A stretch of DNA of 64,000 nucleotides from Utricularia gibba (Eukaryota; Plantae; Magnoliophyta), in assembly GCA_002189035.1 (NCBI GenBank), contig NEEC01000013.1, positions 1-64,000 of the forward strand, read 5' to 3'. The stretch's first letter is position 1. The number at the start of each line of letters is the position of its first letter. A program made the position numbers and the translations under genes. A model generated the notes under the pieces. It was not told the DNA's origin, searched no databases, and saw only the letters and a program-made list of their open reading frames with translations. Below, one piece after another: positions 15,001 to 28,219 of this stretch.

Positions 15001-18000
15001 ACGATTGCTTAACCGAGTGATCCCTTCTCTATGTCCATCCACAATCTGGGTAAAAGGCATCCGGAGGTCAGGCATTGGAATGTCGTAAGGTATGAAGTAT
15101 GCATGTTGCAAGGCGTGACCTGCTTGCGAAGCAATACCGATCCATTCCACGTTACCCGCTTCTTTGCAAAGCCTGGAGGGAGAATGGAATTTTGCATCAG
15201 GAGTGGATGCCATGGGGGTCGAATTATAAGGGGAGGTGTGCGTTTGTTCCGTGAGCTATGTGGATTCGAAGCACAAGTGCTGGGTGGTCGAGTTATGGAC
15301 TTTGGGTTAGGAGTGGCTACACTCTGGATCCACGATCGATATGTTCTTCGATGCTCTATGACTCATTTCTCATTCAATGATGTCCACTCAATAGTAGCTT
15401 ACGTGGCTCGCAACGTATGTTTGATATAGATGACATCCTTTAACCTGTATGGTCGAAGGTTTTCTCCTCCCAAACGTATAGCGGCATGCCCACTTTCGTG
15501 TCCAAATATTCAGGAGGTCGGGGTGGTAGCCATCTAACGGCTGGATAGCACATCCACATCGTATGTGCTCCGTAGAATGAATCCGAAAATGTTAATGTTT
15601 CCAACGCACGTTGTTGGAGATCGGGAAAGTACATGGAGTGTCCTTGGCCACATTCTAGTATTCATTGGATGCTGGCTGAGTTTGTTGCACAACAAAACAC
15701 CCTCAAACGAGTAGCGATGGTGCACCATGATCCGCCATGGAGTGAACTCGTGACTCCTCTGCGTAAGTCTCACTTTGTTTCCATGGAAGATCATAAGGGA
15801 AAGCAATAGGAAAAACTAAGAAGTACTGGTATCGTTGATGTTACAACCCTGCATCATTGATCCTGATGTACCCCCTTCGTATCGTTGGACGACACATCAG
15901 TGGTGAAGTACTTGGCTAGAGTCCATGGGTTGGACTTTACGGTCCTATGGACGTGCGCATCAGTGCTGGTCTAATCTCCACGCATCCTCATATCTTTCAA
16001 CGGCCGCGATAATAGACCAACGGTCTCCTTGTCCAGTCCATTCGCTAAGGAGTCCAGAACACCTGAAGGTAACGGCAAAGCTTGCGAGGCCCGTCCAGCA
16101 ACGGAGAAAAGAAAGGAAGTAGTGCGCATGGATGTGAACGCCTAAAAGAGCGTGGGAGTTTGCACTAGAGACCATCAACCCGTTGAATCGTGTCGATGCT
16201 TGAGGGAAGACGACCACCCATTCATCTTTGTACGTTGCATCGGACCTGGTTGAAAGTGAGGACGGAAAATTGGCTACACTCGTAAAGGTGCACGAGCAGT
16301 ATGCTGAATCGGATGATGGTCAAGCCGTTAGCATACGGAAAACACACTCGCGTGTTGCGCACGCGGCTTTAACGATTGCTTAACCGAGTGATCCCTTCTC
16401 TATCCATCCACAATCTGGGTAAAAGGCATCCGGAGGTCAGGCATTGGAATGTCGTAAGGTATGAAGTATGCATGTTGCAAGGCGTGACCTGCTTGCGAAG
16501 CAATACCGATCCATTCCACGTTACCCGCTTCTTTGCAAAGCCTGGAGGGAGAATGGAATTTTGCATCAGGAGTGGATGCCATGGGGGTCGAATTATAAGG
16601 GGAGGTGTGCGTTTGTTCCGTGAGCTATGTGGATTCGAAGCACAAGTGCTGGGTGGTCGAGTTATGGACTTTGGGTTAGGAGTGGCTACACTCTGGATCC
16701 ACGACCGATATGTTCTTCGATGCTCTATGACTCATTTCTCATTCAATGATGTCCACTCAATAGTAGCTTACGTGGCTCGCAACGTATGTTTGATATAGAT
16801 GACATCCTTTAACCTGTATGGTCGAAGGTTTTCTCCTCCCAACGTATAGCGGCATGCCCACTTTCGTGTCCAAATATTCAGGAGGTCGGGGTGGTAGCCA
16901 TCTAACGGCTGGATAGCACATCCACATCGTATGTGCTCCGTAGAATGAATCGAAAATGTTAATGTTTCCAACGCACGTTGTTGGAGATCGGGAAAGTACA
17001 TGGAGTGTCCTTGGCCACATTCTAGTATTCATTGGATGCTGGCTGAGTTTGTTGCACAACAAAACACCCTCAAACGAGTAGCGATGGTGCACCATGATCC
17101 GCCATGGAGTGAACTCGTGACTCCTCTGCGTAAGTCTCACTTTGTTTCCATGGAAGATCATAAGGGAAAGCAATAGGAAAAACTAAGAAGTACTTGGTAT
17201 CGTTGGTGTTACAACCCTGCATCATTGATCCTGATGTACCCCCTTCGTATCGTTGGACGACACATCAGTGGTGAAGTACTTGGCTAGAGTCCATGGGTTG
17301 GACTTTACGGTCCTATGGACGTGCGCATCAGTGCTGGTCTAATCTCCACGCATCCTCATATCTTTCAACGGCCGCGATAATAGACCAACGGTCTCCTTGT
17401 CCAGTCCATTCGCTAAGGAGTCCAGAACACCTGAAGGTAACGGCAAAGCTTGCGAGGCCCGTCCAGCAACGGAGAAAAGAAAGGAAGTAGTGCGCATGGA
17501 TGTGAACGCCTAAAAGAGCGTGGGAGTTTGCACTAGAGACCATCAACCCGTTGAATCGTGTCGATGCTTGAGGGAAGACGACCACCCATTCATCTTTGTA
17601 CGTTGCATCGGACCTGGTTGAAAGTGAGGACGGAAAATTGGCTACACTCGTAAAGGTGCACGAGCAGTATGCTGAATCGGATGATGGTCAAGCCGTTAGC
17701 ATACGGAAAACACACTCGCGTGTTGCGCACGCGGCTTTAACGATTGCTTAACCGAGTGATCCCTTCTCTATCCATCCACAATCTGGGTAAAAGGCATCCG
17801 GAGGTCAGGCATTGGAATGTCGTAAGGTATGAAGTATGCATGTTGCAAGGCGTGACCTGCTTGCGAAGCAATACCGATCCATTCCACGTTACCCGCTTCT
17901 TTGCAAAGCCTGGAGGGAGAATGGAATTTTGCATCAGGAGTGGATGCCATGGGGGTCGAATTATAAGGGGAGGTGTGCGTTTGTTCCGTGAGCTATGTGG

Positions 18001-21000
18001 ATTCGAAGCACAAGTGCTGGGTGGTCGAGTTATGGACTTTGGGTTAGGAGTGGCTACACTCTGGATCCACGACGATATGTTCTTCGATGCTCTATGACTC
18101 ATTTCTCATTCAATGATGTCCACTCAATAGTAGCTTACGTGGCTCGCAACGTATGTTTGATATAGATGACATCCTTTAACCTGTATGGTCGAAGGTTTTC
18201 TCCTCCCAAACGTATAGCGGCATGCCCACTTTCGTGTCCAAATATTCAGGAGGTCGGGGTGGTAGCCATCTAACGGCTGGATAGCACATCCACATCGTAT
18301 GTGCTCCGTAGAATGAATCCGAAAATGTTAATGTTTCCAACGCACGTTGTTGGAGATCGGGAAAGTACATGGAGTGTCCTTGGCCACATTCTAGTATTCA
18401 TTGGATGCTGGCTGAGTTTGTTGCACAACAAAACACCCTCAAACGAGTAGCGATGGTGCACCATGATCCGCCATGGAGTGAACTCGTGACTCCTCTGCGT
18501 AAGTCTCACTTTGTTTCCATGGAAGATCATAAGGGAAAGCAATAGGAAAAACTAAGAAGTACTGGGATCGTTGGTGTTACAACCCTGCATCATTGATCCT
18601 GATGTACCCCCTTCGTATCGTTGGACGACACATCAGTGGTGAAGTACTTGGTTAGAGTCCATGGGTTGGACTTTACGGTCCTATGGACGTGCGCATCAGT
18701 GCTGGTCTAATCTCCACGCATCCTCATATCTTTCAACGGCCGCGATAATAGACCAACGGTCTCCTTGTCCAGTCCATTCGCTAAGGAGTCCAGAACACCT
18801 GAAGGTAACGGCAAAGCTTGCGAGGCCCGTCCAGCAACGGAGAAAAGAAAGGAAGTAGTGCGCATGGATGTGAACGCCTAAAAGAGCGTGGGAGTTTGCA
18901 CTAGAGACCATCAACCCGTTGAATCGTGTCGATGCTTGAGGAAGACGACCACCCATTCATCTTTGTACGTTGCATCGGACCTGGTTGAAAGTGAGGACGG
19001 AAAATTGGCTACACTCGTAAAGGTGCACGAGCAGTATGCTGAATCGGATGATGGTCAAGCCGTTAGCATACGGAAAACACACTCGCGTGTTGCGCACGCG
19101 GCTTTAACGATTGCTTAACCGAGTGATCCCTTCTCTATGTCCATCCACAATCTGGGTAAAAGGCATCCGGAGGTCAGGCATTGGAATGTCGTAAGGTATG
19201 AAGTATGCATGTTGCAAGGCGTGACCTGCTTGCGAAGCAATACCGATCCATTCCACGTTACCCGCTTCTTTGCAAAGCCTGGAGGGAGAATGGAATTTTG
19301 CATCAGGAGTGGATGCCATGGGGGTCGAATTATAAGGGGAGGTGTGCGTTTGTTCCGTGAGCTATGTGGATTCGAAGCACAAGTGCTGGGTGGTCGAGTT
19401 ATGGACTTTGGTTAGGAGTGGCTACACTCTGGATCCACGATCGATATGTTCTTCGATGCTCTATGACTCATTTCTCATTCAATGATGTCCACTCAATAGT
19501 AGCTTACGTGGCTCGCAACGTATGTTTGATATAGATGACATCCTTTAACCTGTATGGTCGAAGGTTTTCTCCTCCCAAACGTATAGCGGCATGCCCACTT
19601 TCGTGTCCAAATATTCAGGAGGTCGGGGTGGTAGCCATCTAACGGCTGGATAGCACATCCACATCGTATGTGCTCCGTAGAATGAATCCGAAAATGTTAA
19701 TGTTTCCAACGCACGTTGTTGGAGATCGGGAAAGTACATGGAGTGTCCTTGGCCACATTCTAGTATTCATTGGATGCTGGCTGAGTTTGTTGCACAACAA
19801 AACACCCTCAAACGAGTAGCGATGGTGCACCATGATCCGCCATGGAGTGAACTCGTGACTCCTCTGCGTAAGTCTCACTTTGTTTCCATGGAAGATCATA
19901 AGGGAAAGCAATAGGAAAAACTAAGAAGTATTGGTATCGTTGATGTTACAACCCTGCATCATTGATCCTGATGTACCCCCTTCGTATCGTTGGACGACAC
20001 ATCAGTGGTGAAGTACTTGGTTAGAGTCCATGGGTTGGACTTTACGGTCCTATGGACGTGCGCATCAGTGCTGGTCTAATCTCCACGCATCCTCATATCT
20101 TTCAACGGCCGCGATAATAGACCAACGGTCTCCTTGTCCAGTCCATTCGCTAAGGAGTCCAGAACACCTGAAGGTAACGGCAAAGCTTGCGAGGCCCGTC
20201 CAGCAACGGAGAAAAGAAAGGAAGTAGTGCGCATGGATGTGAACGCCTAAAAGAGCGTGGGAGTTTGCACTAGAGACCATCAACCCGTTGAATCGTGTCG
20301 ATGCTTGAGGAAGACGACCACCCATTCATCTTTGTACGTTGCATCGGACCTGGTTGAAAGTGAGGACGGAAAATTGGCTACACTCGTAAAGGTGCACGAG
20401 CAGTATGCTGAATCGGATGATGGTCAAGCCGTTAGCATACGGAAAACACACTCGCGTGTTGCGCACGCGGCTTTAACTATTGCTTAACCGAGTGATCCCT
20501 TCTCTATGTCCATCCACAATCTGGGTAAAAGGCATCCGGAGGTCAGGCATTGGAATGTCGTAAGGTATGAAGTATGCATGTTGCAAGGCGTGACCTGCTT
20601 GCGAAGCAATACCGATCCATTCCACGTTACCCGCTTCTTTGCAAAGCCTGGAGGGAGAATGGAATTTTGCATCAGGAGTGGATGCCATGGGGGTCGAATT
20701 ATAAGGGGAGTGTGCGTTTGTTCCGTGAGCTATGTGGATTCGAAGCACAAGTGCTGGGTGGTCGAGTTATGGACTTTGGGTTAGGAGTGGCTACACTCTG
20801 GATCCACGACCGATATGTTCTTCGATGCTCTATGACTCATTTCTCATTCAATGATGTCCACTCAATAGTAGCTTACGTGGCTCGCAACGTATGTTTGATA
20901 TAGATGACATCCTTTAACCTGTATGGTCGAAGGTTTTCTCCTCCCAAACGTATAGCGGCATGCCCACTTTCGTGTCCAAATATTCAGGAGGTCGGGGTGG

Positions 21001-24000
21001 TAGCCATCTAACGGCTGGATAGCACATCCACATCGTATGTGCTCCGTAGAATGAATCCGAAAATGTTAATGTTTCCAACGCACGTTTTGGAGATCGGGAA
21101 AGTACATGGAGTGTCCTTGGCCACATTCTAGTATTCATTGGATGCTGGCTGAGTTTGTTGCACAACAAAACACCCTCAAACGAGTAGCGATGGTGCACCA
21201 TGATCCGCCATGGAGTGAACTCGTGACTCCTCTGCGTAAGTCTCACTTTGTTTCCATGGAAGATCATAAGGGAAAGCAATAGGAAAAACTAAGAAGTATG
21301 GGTCCGTTGGTGTTACAACCCTGCATCATTGATCCTGATGTACCCCCTTCGTATCGTTGGACGACACATCAGTGGTGAAGTACTTGGTTAGAGTCCATGG
21401 GTTGGACTTTACGGTCCTATGGACGTGCGCATCAGTGCTGGTCTAATCTCCACGCATCCTCATATCTTTCAACGGCCGCGATAATAGACCAACGGTCTCC
21501 TTGTCCAGTCCATTCGCTAAGGAGTCCAGAACACCTGAAGGTAACGGCAAAGCTTGCGAGGCCCGTCCAGCAACGGAGAAAAGAAGGAAGTAGTGCGCAT
21601 GGATGTGAACGCCTAAAAGAGCGTGGGAGTTTGCACTAGAGACCATCAACCCGTTGAATCGTGTCGATGCTTGAGGGAAGACGACCACCCATTCATCTTT
21701 GTACGTTGCATCGGACCTGGTTGAAAGTGAGGACGGAAAATTGGCTACACTCGTAAAGGTGCACGAGCAGTATGCTGAATCGGATGATGGTCAAGCCGTT
21801 AGCATACGGAAAACACACTCGCGTGTTGCGCACGCGGCTTTAACGATTGCTTAACCGAGTGATCCCTTCTCTATGTCCATCCACAATCTGGGTAAAAGGC
21901 ATCCGGAGGTCAGGCATTGGAATGTCGTAAGGTATGAAGTATGCATGTTGCAAGGCGTGACCTGCTTGCGAAGCAATACCGATCCATTCCACGTTACCCG
22001 CTTCTTTGCAAAGCCTGGAGGGAGAATGGAATTTTGCATCAGGAGTGGATGCCATGGGGTCGAATTATAAGGGGTGTGCGTTTGTTCCGTGAGCTATGTG
22101 GATTCGAAGCACAAGTGCTGGGTGGTCGAGTTATGGACTTTGGTTAGGAGTGGCTACACTCTGGATCCACGACGATATGTTCTTCGATGCTCTATGACTC
22201 ATTTCTCATTCAATGATGTCCACTCAATAGTAGCTTACGTGGCTCGCAACGTATGTTTGATATAGATGACATCCTTTAACCTGTATGGTCGAAGGTTTTC
22301 TCCTCCCAAACGTATAGCGGCATGCCCACTTTCGTGTCCAAATATTCAGGAGGTCGGGTGGTAGCCATCTAACGGCTGGATAGCACATCCACATCGTATG
22401 TGCTCCGTAGAATGAATCCGAAAATGTTAATGTTTCCAACGCACGTTGTTGGAGATCGGGAAAGTACATGGAGTGTCCTTGGCCACATTCTAGTATTCAT
22501 TGGATGCTGGCTGAGTTTGTTGCACAACAAAACACCCTCAAACGAGTAGCGATGGTGCACCATGATCCGCCATGGAGTGAACTCGTGACTCCTCTGCGTA
22601 AGTCTCACTTTGTTTCCATGGAAGATCATAAGGGAAAGCAATAGGAAAAACTAAGAAGTACTTGGTATCGTTGATGTTACAACCCTGCATCATTGATCCT
22701 GATGTACCCCCTTCGTATCGTTGGACGACACATCAGTGGTGAAGTACTTGGCTAGAGTCCATGGGTTGGACTTTACGGTCCTATGGACGTGCGCATCAGT
22801 GCTGGTCTAATCTCCACGCATCCTCATATCTTTCAACGGCCGCGATAATAGACCAACGGTCTCCTTGTCCAGTCCATTCGCTAAGGAGTCCAGAACACCT
22901 GAAGGTAACGGCAAAGCTTGCGAGGCCCGTCCAGCAACGGAGAAAAGAAAGGAAGTAGTGCGCATGGATGTGAACGCCTAAAAGAGCGTGGGAGTTTGCA
23001 CTAGAGACCATCAACCCGTTGAATCGTGTCGATGCTTGAGGGAAGACGACCACCCATTCATCTTTGTACGTTGCATCGGACCTGGTTGAAAGTGAGGACG
23101 GAAAATTGGCTACACTCGTAAAGGTGCACGAGCAGTATGCTGAATCGGATGATGGTCAAGCCGTTAGCATACGGAAAACACACTCGCGTGTTGCGCACGC
23201 GGCTTTAACGATTGCTTAACCGAGTGATCCCTTCTCTATGTCCATCCACAATCTGGGTAAAAGGCATCCGGAGGTCAGGCATTGGAATGTCGTAAGGTAT
23301 GAAGTATGCATGTTGCAAGGCGTGACCTGCTTGCGAAGCAATACCGATCCATTCCACGTTACCCGCTTCTTTGCAAAGCCTGGAGGAGAATGGAATTTTG
23401 CATCAGGAGTGGATGCCATGGGGGTCGAATTATAAGGGGAGGTGTGCGTTTGTTCCGTGAGCTATGTGGATTCGAAGCACAAGTGCTGGGTGGTCGAGTT
23501 ATGGACTTTGGGTTAGGAGTGGCTACACTCTGGATCCACGATCGATATGTTCTTCGATGCTCTATGACTCATTTCTCATTCAATGATGTCCACTCAATAG
23601 TAGCTTACGTGGCTCGCAACGTATGTTTGATATAGATGACATCCTTTAAACTGTATGGTCGAAGGTTTTCTCCTCCCAAACGTATAGCGGCATGCCCACT
23701 TTCGTGTCCAAATATTCAGGAGGTCGGGGTGGTAGCCATCTAACGGCTGGATAGCACATCCACATCGTATGTGCTCCGTAGAATGAATCCGAAAATGTTA
23801 ATGTTTCCAACGCACGTTGTTGGAGATCGGGAAAGTACATGGAGTGTCCTTGGCCACATTCTAGTATTCATTGGATGCTGGCTGAGTTTGTTGCACAACA
23901 AAACACCCTCAAACGAGTAGCGATGGTGCACCATGATCCGCCATGGAGTGAACTCGTGACTCCTCTGCGTAAGTCTCACTTTGTTTCCATGGAAGATCAT

Positions 24001-26789
24001 AAGGGAAAGCAATAGGAAAAACTAAGAAGTATGGGATCCTGTTGGTGTTACAACCCTGCATCATTGATCCTGATGTACCCCCTTCGTATCGTTGGACGAC
24101 ACATCAGTGGTGAAGTACTTGGTTAGAGTCCATGGGTTGGACTTTACGGTCCTATGGACGTGCGCATCAGTGCTGGTCTAATCTCCACGCATCCTCATAT
24201 CTTTCAACGGCCGCGATAATAGACCAACGGTCTCCTTGTCCAGTCCATTCGCTAAGGAGTCCAGAACACCTGAAGGTAACGGCAAAGCTTGCGAGGCCCG
24301 TCCAGCAACGGAGAAAAGAAAGGAAGTAGTGCGCATGGATGTGAACGCCTAAAAGAGCGTGGGAGTTTGCACTAGAGACCATCAACCCGTTGAATCGTGT
24401 CGATGCTTGAGGGAAGACGACCACCCATTCATCTTTGTACGTTGCATCGGACCTGGTTGAAAGTGAGGACGGAAAATTGGCTACACTCGTAAAGGTGCAC
24501 GAGCAGTATGCTCAATCGGATGATGGTCAAGCCGTTAGCATACGGAAAACACACTCGCGTGTTGCGCACGCGGCTTTAACTATTGCTTAACCGAGTGATC
24601 CCTTCTCTATGTCCATCCACAATCTGGGTAAAAGGCATCCGGAGGTCAGGCATTGGAATGTCGTAAGGTATGAAGTATGCATGTTGCAAGGCGTGACCTG
24701 CTTGCGAAGCAATACCGATCCATTCCACGTTACCCGCTTCTTTGCAAAGCGTGGAGGGAGAATGGAATTTTGCATCAGGAGTGGATGCCATGGGGGTCGA
24801 ATTATAAGGGGTGGTGTGCGTTTGTTCCGTGAGCTATGTGGATTCGAAGCACAAGTGCTGGGTGGTCGAGTTATGGACTTTGGGTTAGGAGTGGCTACAC
24901 TCTGGATCCACGATCGATATGTTCTTCGATGCTCTATGACTCATTTCTCATTCAATGATGTCCACTCAATAGTAGCTTACGTGGCTCGCAACGTATGTTT
25001 GATATAGATGACATCCTTTAAACTGTATGGTCGAAGGTTTTCTCCTCCCAAACGTATAGCGGCATGCCCACTTTCGTGTCCAAATATTCAGGAGGTCGGG
25101 GTGGTAGCCATCTAACGGCTGGATAGCACATCCACATCGTATGTGCTCCGTAGAATGAATCCGAAAATGTTAATGTTTCCAACGCACGTTGTTGGAGATC
25201 GGGAAAGTACATGGAGTGTCCTTGGCCACATTCTAGTATTCATTGGATGCTGGCTGAGTTTGTTGCACAACAAAACACCCTCAAACGAGTAGCGATGGTG
25301 CACCATGATCCGCCATGGAGTGAACTCGTGACTCCTCTGCGTAAGTCTCACTTTGTTTCCATGGAAGATCATAAGGGAAAGCAATAGGAAAAACTAAGAA
25401 GTATGGGATCCTGTTGGTGTTACAACCCTGCATCATTGATCCTGATGTACCCCCTTCGTATCGTTGGACGACACATCAGTGGTGAAGTACTTGGCTAGAG
25501 TCCATGGGTTGGACTTTACGGTCCTATGGACGTGCGCATCAGTGCTGGTCTAATCTCCACGCATCCTCATATCTTTCAACGGCCGCGATAATAGACCAAC
25601 GGTCTCCTTGTCCAGTCCATTCGCTAAGGAGTCCAGAACACCTGAAGGTAACGGCAAAGCTTGCGAGGCCCGTCCAGCAACGGAGAAAAGAAAGGAAGTA
25701 GTGCGCATGGATGTGAACGCCTAAAAGAGCGTGGGAGTTTGCACTAGAGACCATCAACCCGTTGAATCGTGTCGATGCTTGAGGGAAGACGACCACCCAT
25801 TCATCTTTGTACGTTGCATCGGACCTGGTTGAAAGTGAGGACGGAAAATTGGCTACACTCGTAAAGGTGCACGAGCAGTATGCTCAATCGGATGATGGTC
25901 AAGCCGTTAGCATACGGAAAACACACTCGCGTGTTGCGCACGCGGCTTTAACTATTGCTTAACCGAGTGATCCCTTCTCTATGTCCATCCACAATCTGGG
26001 TAAAAGGCATCCGGAGGTCAGGCATTGGAATGTCGCAAGGTATGAAGTATGCATGTTGCAAGGCGTGACCTGCTTGCGAAGCAATACCGATCCATTCCAC
26101 GTTACCCGCTTCTTTGCAAAGCGTGGAGGGAGAATGGAATTTTGCATCAGGAGTGGATGCCATGGGGGTCGAATTATAAGGGGAGGTGTGCGTTTGTTCC
26201 GTGAGCTATGTGGATTCGAAGCACAAGTGCTGGGTGGTCGAGTTATGGACTTTGGGTTAGGAGTGGCTACACTCTGGATCCACGATCGATATGTTCTTCG
26301 ATGCTCTATGACTCATTTCTCATTCAATGATGTCCACTCAATAGTAGCTTACGTGGCTCGCAACGTATGTTTGATATAGATGACATCCTTTAAACTGTAT
26401 GGTCGAAGGTTTTCTCCTCCCAAACGTATAGCGGCATGCCCACTTTCGTGTCCAAATATTCAGGAGGTCGGGGTGGTAGCCATCTAACGGCTGGATAGCA
26501 CATCCACATCGTATGTGCCCCGTAGAATGAATCCGAAAATGTTAATGTTTCCAACGCACGTTGTTGGAGATCGGGAAAGTACATGGAGTGTCCTTGGCCA
26601 CATTCTAGTATTCATTGGATGCTGGCTGAGTTTGTTGCACAACAAAACACCCTCAAACGAGTAGCGATGGTGCACCATGATCCGCCATGGAGTGAACTCG
26701 TGACTCCTCTGCGTAAGTCTCACTTTGTTTCCATGGAAGATCATAAGGGAAAGCAATAGGAAAAACTAAGAAGTATGGGATCCTGTTGG
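1..26789. repeat. Homogeneous tandem array (satellite) of a ~1.37-kb monomer, ~19.6 copies, open at the left window edge
   Basis: Marker CCATCCACAATCTGGG recurs at 1, 1360, 2730, 4100, 5467, 6834 ... 25985 (mean period ~1368 bp); identical shadow ORFs recur at the same period. Units differ only by scattered SNPs and 1-7 bp indels. Array sequence stops at ...GGGATCCTGTTGG (26789). Confidence 0.98.
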
Positions 26790-27285
26790 AGATCAAGTTC
26801 CTCTCCATCAGATTCATCTATTGATGAGTATTCTGCATTCGTGCTTTTCTGCTCTTCTGGGATTTCGAAATTCCCATCTGAATGTTGATCATTGGCCTGA
26901 TGAGATTGTTCATATAGGGGTTCTGAGTTTGATTCTGAATTCTCATTGGATGAGTAATCTTGATTTGTGACCTTCTCCTCCTCTGGAGGTGAGAAATGCT
27001 CATCTGAATGATTATCATTTACTTGATTTGAATCTTCATGGACGAGTTCTGAAGTTTCTTGGTTTGTTGAATTCCAGGAAGAGATGTTTTGAGTCATATG
27101 TGTCCAGAAGTCTTCTTTCACATGAGTGCTATGCCTTCCACGACTTTTATGTGCTTCTGCATCATTTAGAGAAATGCAATCATCAATTAAAGTATACCTT
27201 GCACCTTCATCAAAAGAGACATCATGCCTGAAGAAAAATTTCTTCTGCTTAGGTATATAAACTTTATATCCCTTGGTAGTGCTTG
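26790..27285 (-). pseudogene. Ty1/copia pol fragment: post-integrase SH3-like segment plus acidic linker
   Basis: Minus-strand translation TKGYKVYIPKQKKFFFRHDVSFDEG matches the copia KGYRxYxP...SRDVxFDE motif. It is followed, after a frameshift, by the acidic linker seen in ORF 26741..27121. Confidence 0.8.
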
Positions 27286-28219
27286 CTGATTTTTCGAGAT
27301 GTTCTCGTATGTTGCCTTGCCGGCGATCATGATAATAGCATGTGATGCATGAAATCTGATTATGTTGGATTGTTTTGCTGCCCTAGGATGCACGAAATTT
27401 GATTGATGATTGATGCTTTCGAGAATCATATCTTACGTGTATATGTGCAGCATGATGATGGTTTATATGTGAAAGTCGTGGGACATGATGGCCTTTGCAC
27501 GAATTTTGATTATGATGATCATATTGGTGAATTATCAATGCATATGATGTTTGATAATTTATTCATGACCAAGGCATCTAGGGTCAATTAGGATTTTTGA
27601 GCTTTATGTATGAAAATCCAGGGAAATGATGCATTATGAACGAAAGGGCAAGGGTTGTCAGGATTTCTATCTGATAGGATATCGATATCCATAGTGCAAG
27701 TGTTGCCTATTGAAATATCCCCTATCAAATAATTAAGCTTATTCCTTCCACTGACATAAGGAGAACGAGAGTCATTTTTAGTGCATAGAGTTGTTGGCTA
27801 CCGTCAAGCTCTCCACTACACATGACATGTTCGAATTATGGAATTAGATTCACGGTGGGTTTGCTTAACTGATTTTATTAACTTGTTGACTGAAGCCAAG
27901 GTTGGTTAAATTGGAGGAAAGATTGAGGTAAATAGTTTTTACATCTGATGACTCAATGATACAGTGGTTGTATGAGAGATACAATTGGCATGAGATGACT
28001 ACCTATTTCATTCATTAAAACTTGTTGGCTACAGTCAAGGTGGCGATGAATGAATGGGACACTGTCCCACTAAGAAAATGTGATTTTCTCGTTTTGTCAG
28101 TAAGGGGCTGCCATCTCGAAAAACATAGTGGGAGTATATCACATTTAATGAAGACCAGTTAGATGTGATTTAAGGAACACTACATGATGTGTTTGCTTTC
28201 TCTTCTTCAGGTTGAAGAT

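Noticed and set aside
64-26756. About 150 short ORFs (60-140 aa) recurring in the array on both strands
   Set aside because: They overlap in several frames, have no recognisable domain, change with single-base indels between units and are not preserved in the diverged copies; they are shadow ORFs of the repeat.
1-26789. Array as rDNA (5S/45S), tRNA cluster, tandem gene cluster or CRISPR array
   Set aside because: No 5S/18S/5.8S/25S or tRNA motifs seen; there are no short repeats with unique spacers; the context is plant retrotransposons.
26784-26800. TGTTGGAGATC as the 5' LTR start of the Angela element
   Set aside because: The following sequence encodes minus-strand copia pol, does not match the Angela LTR and has no PBS.
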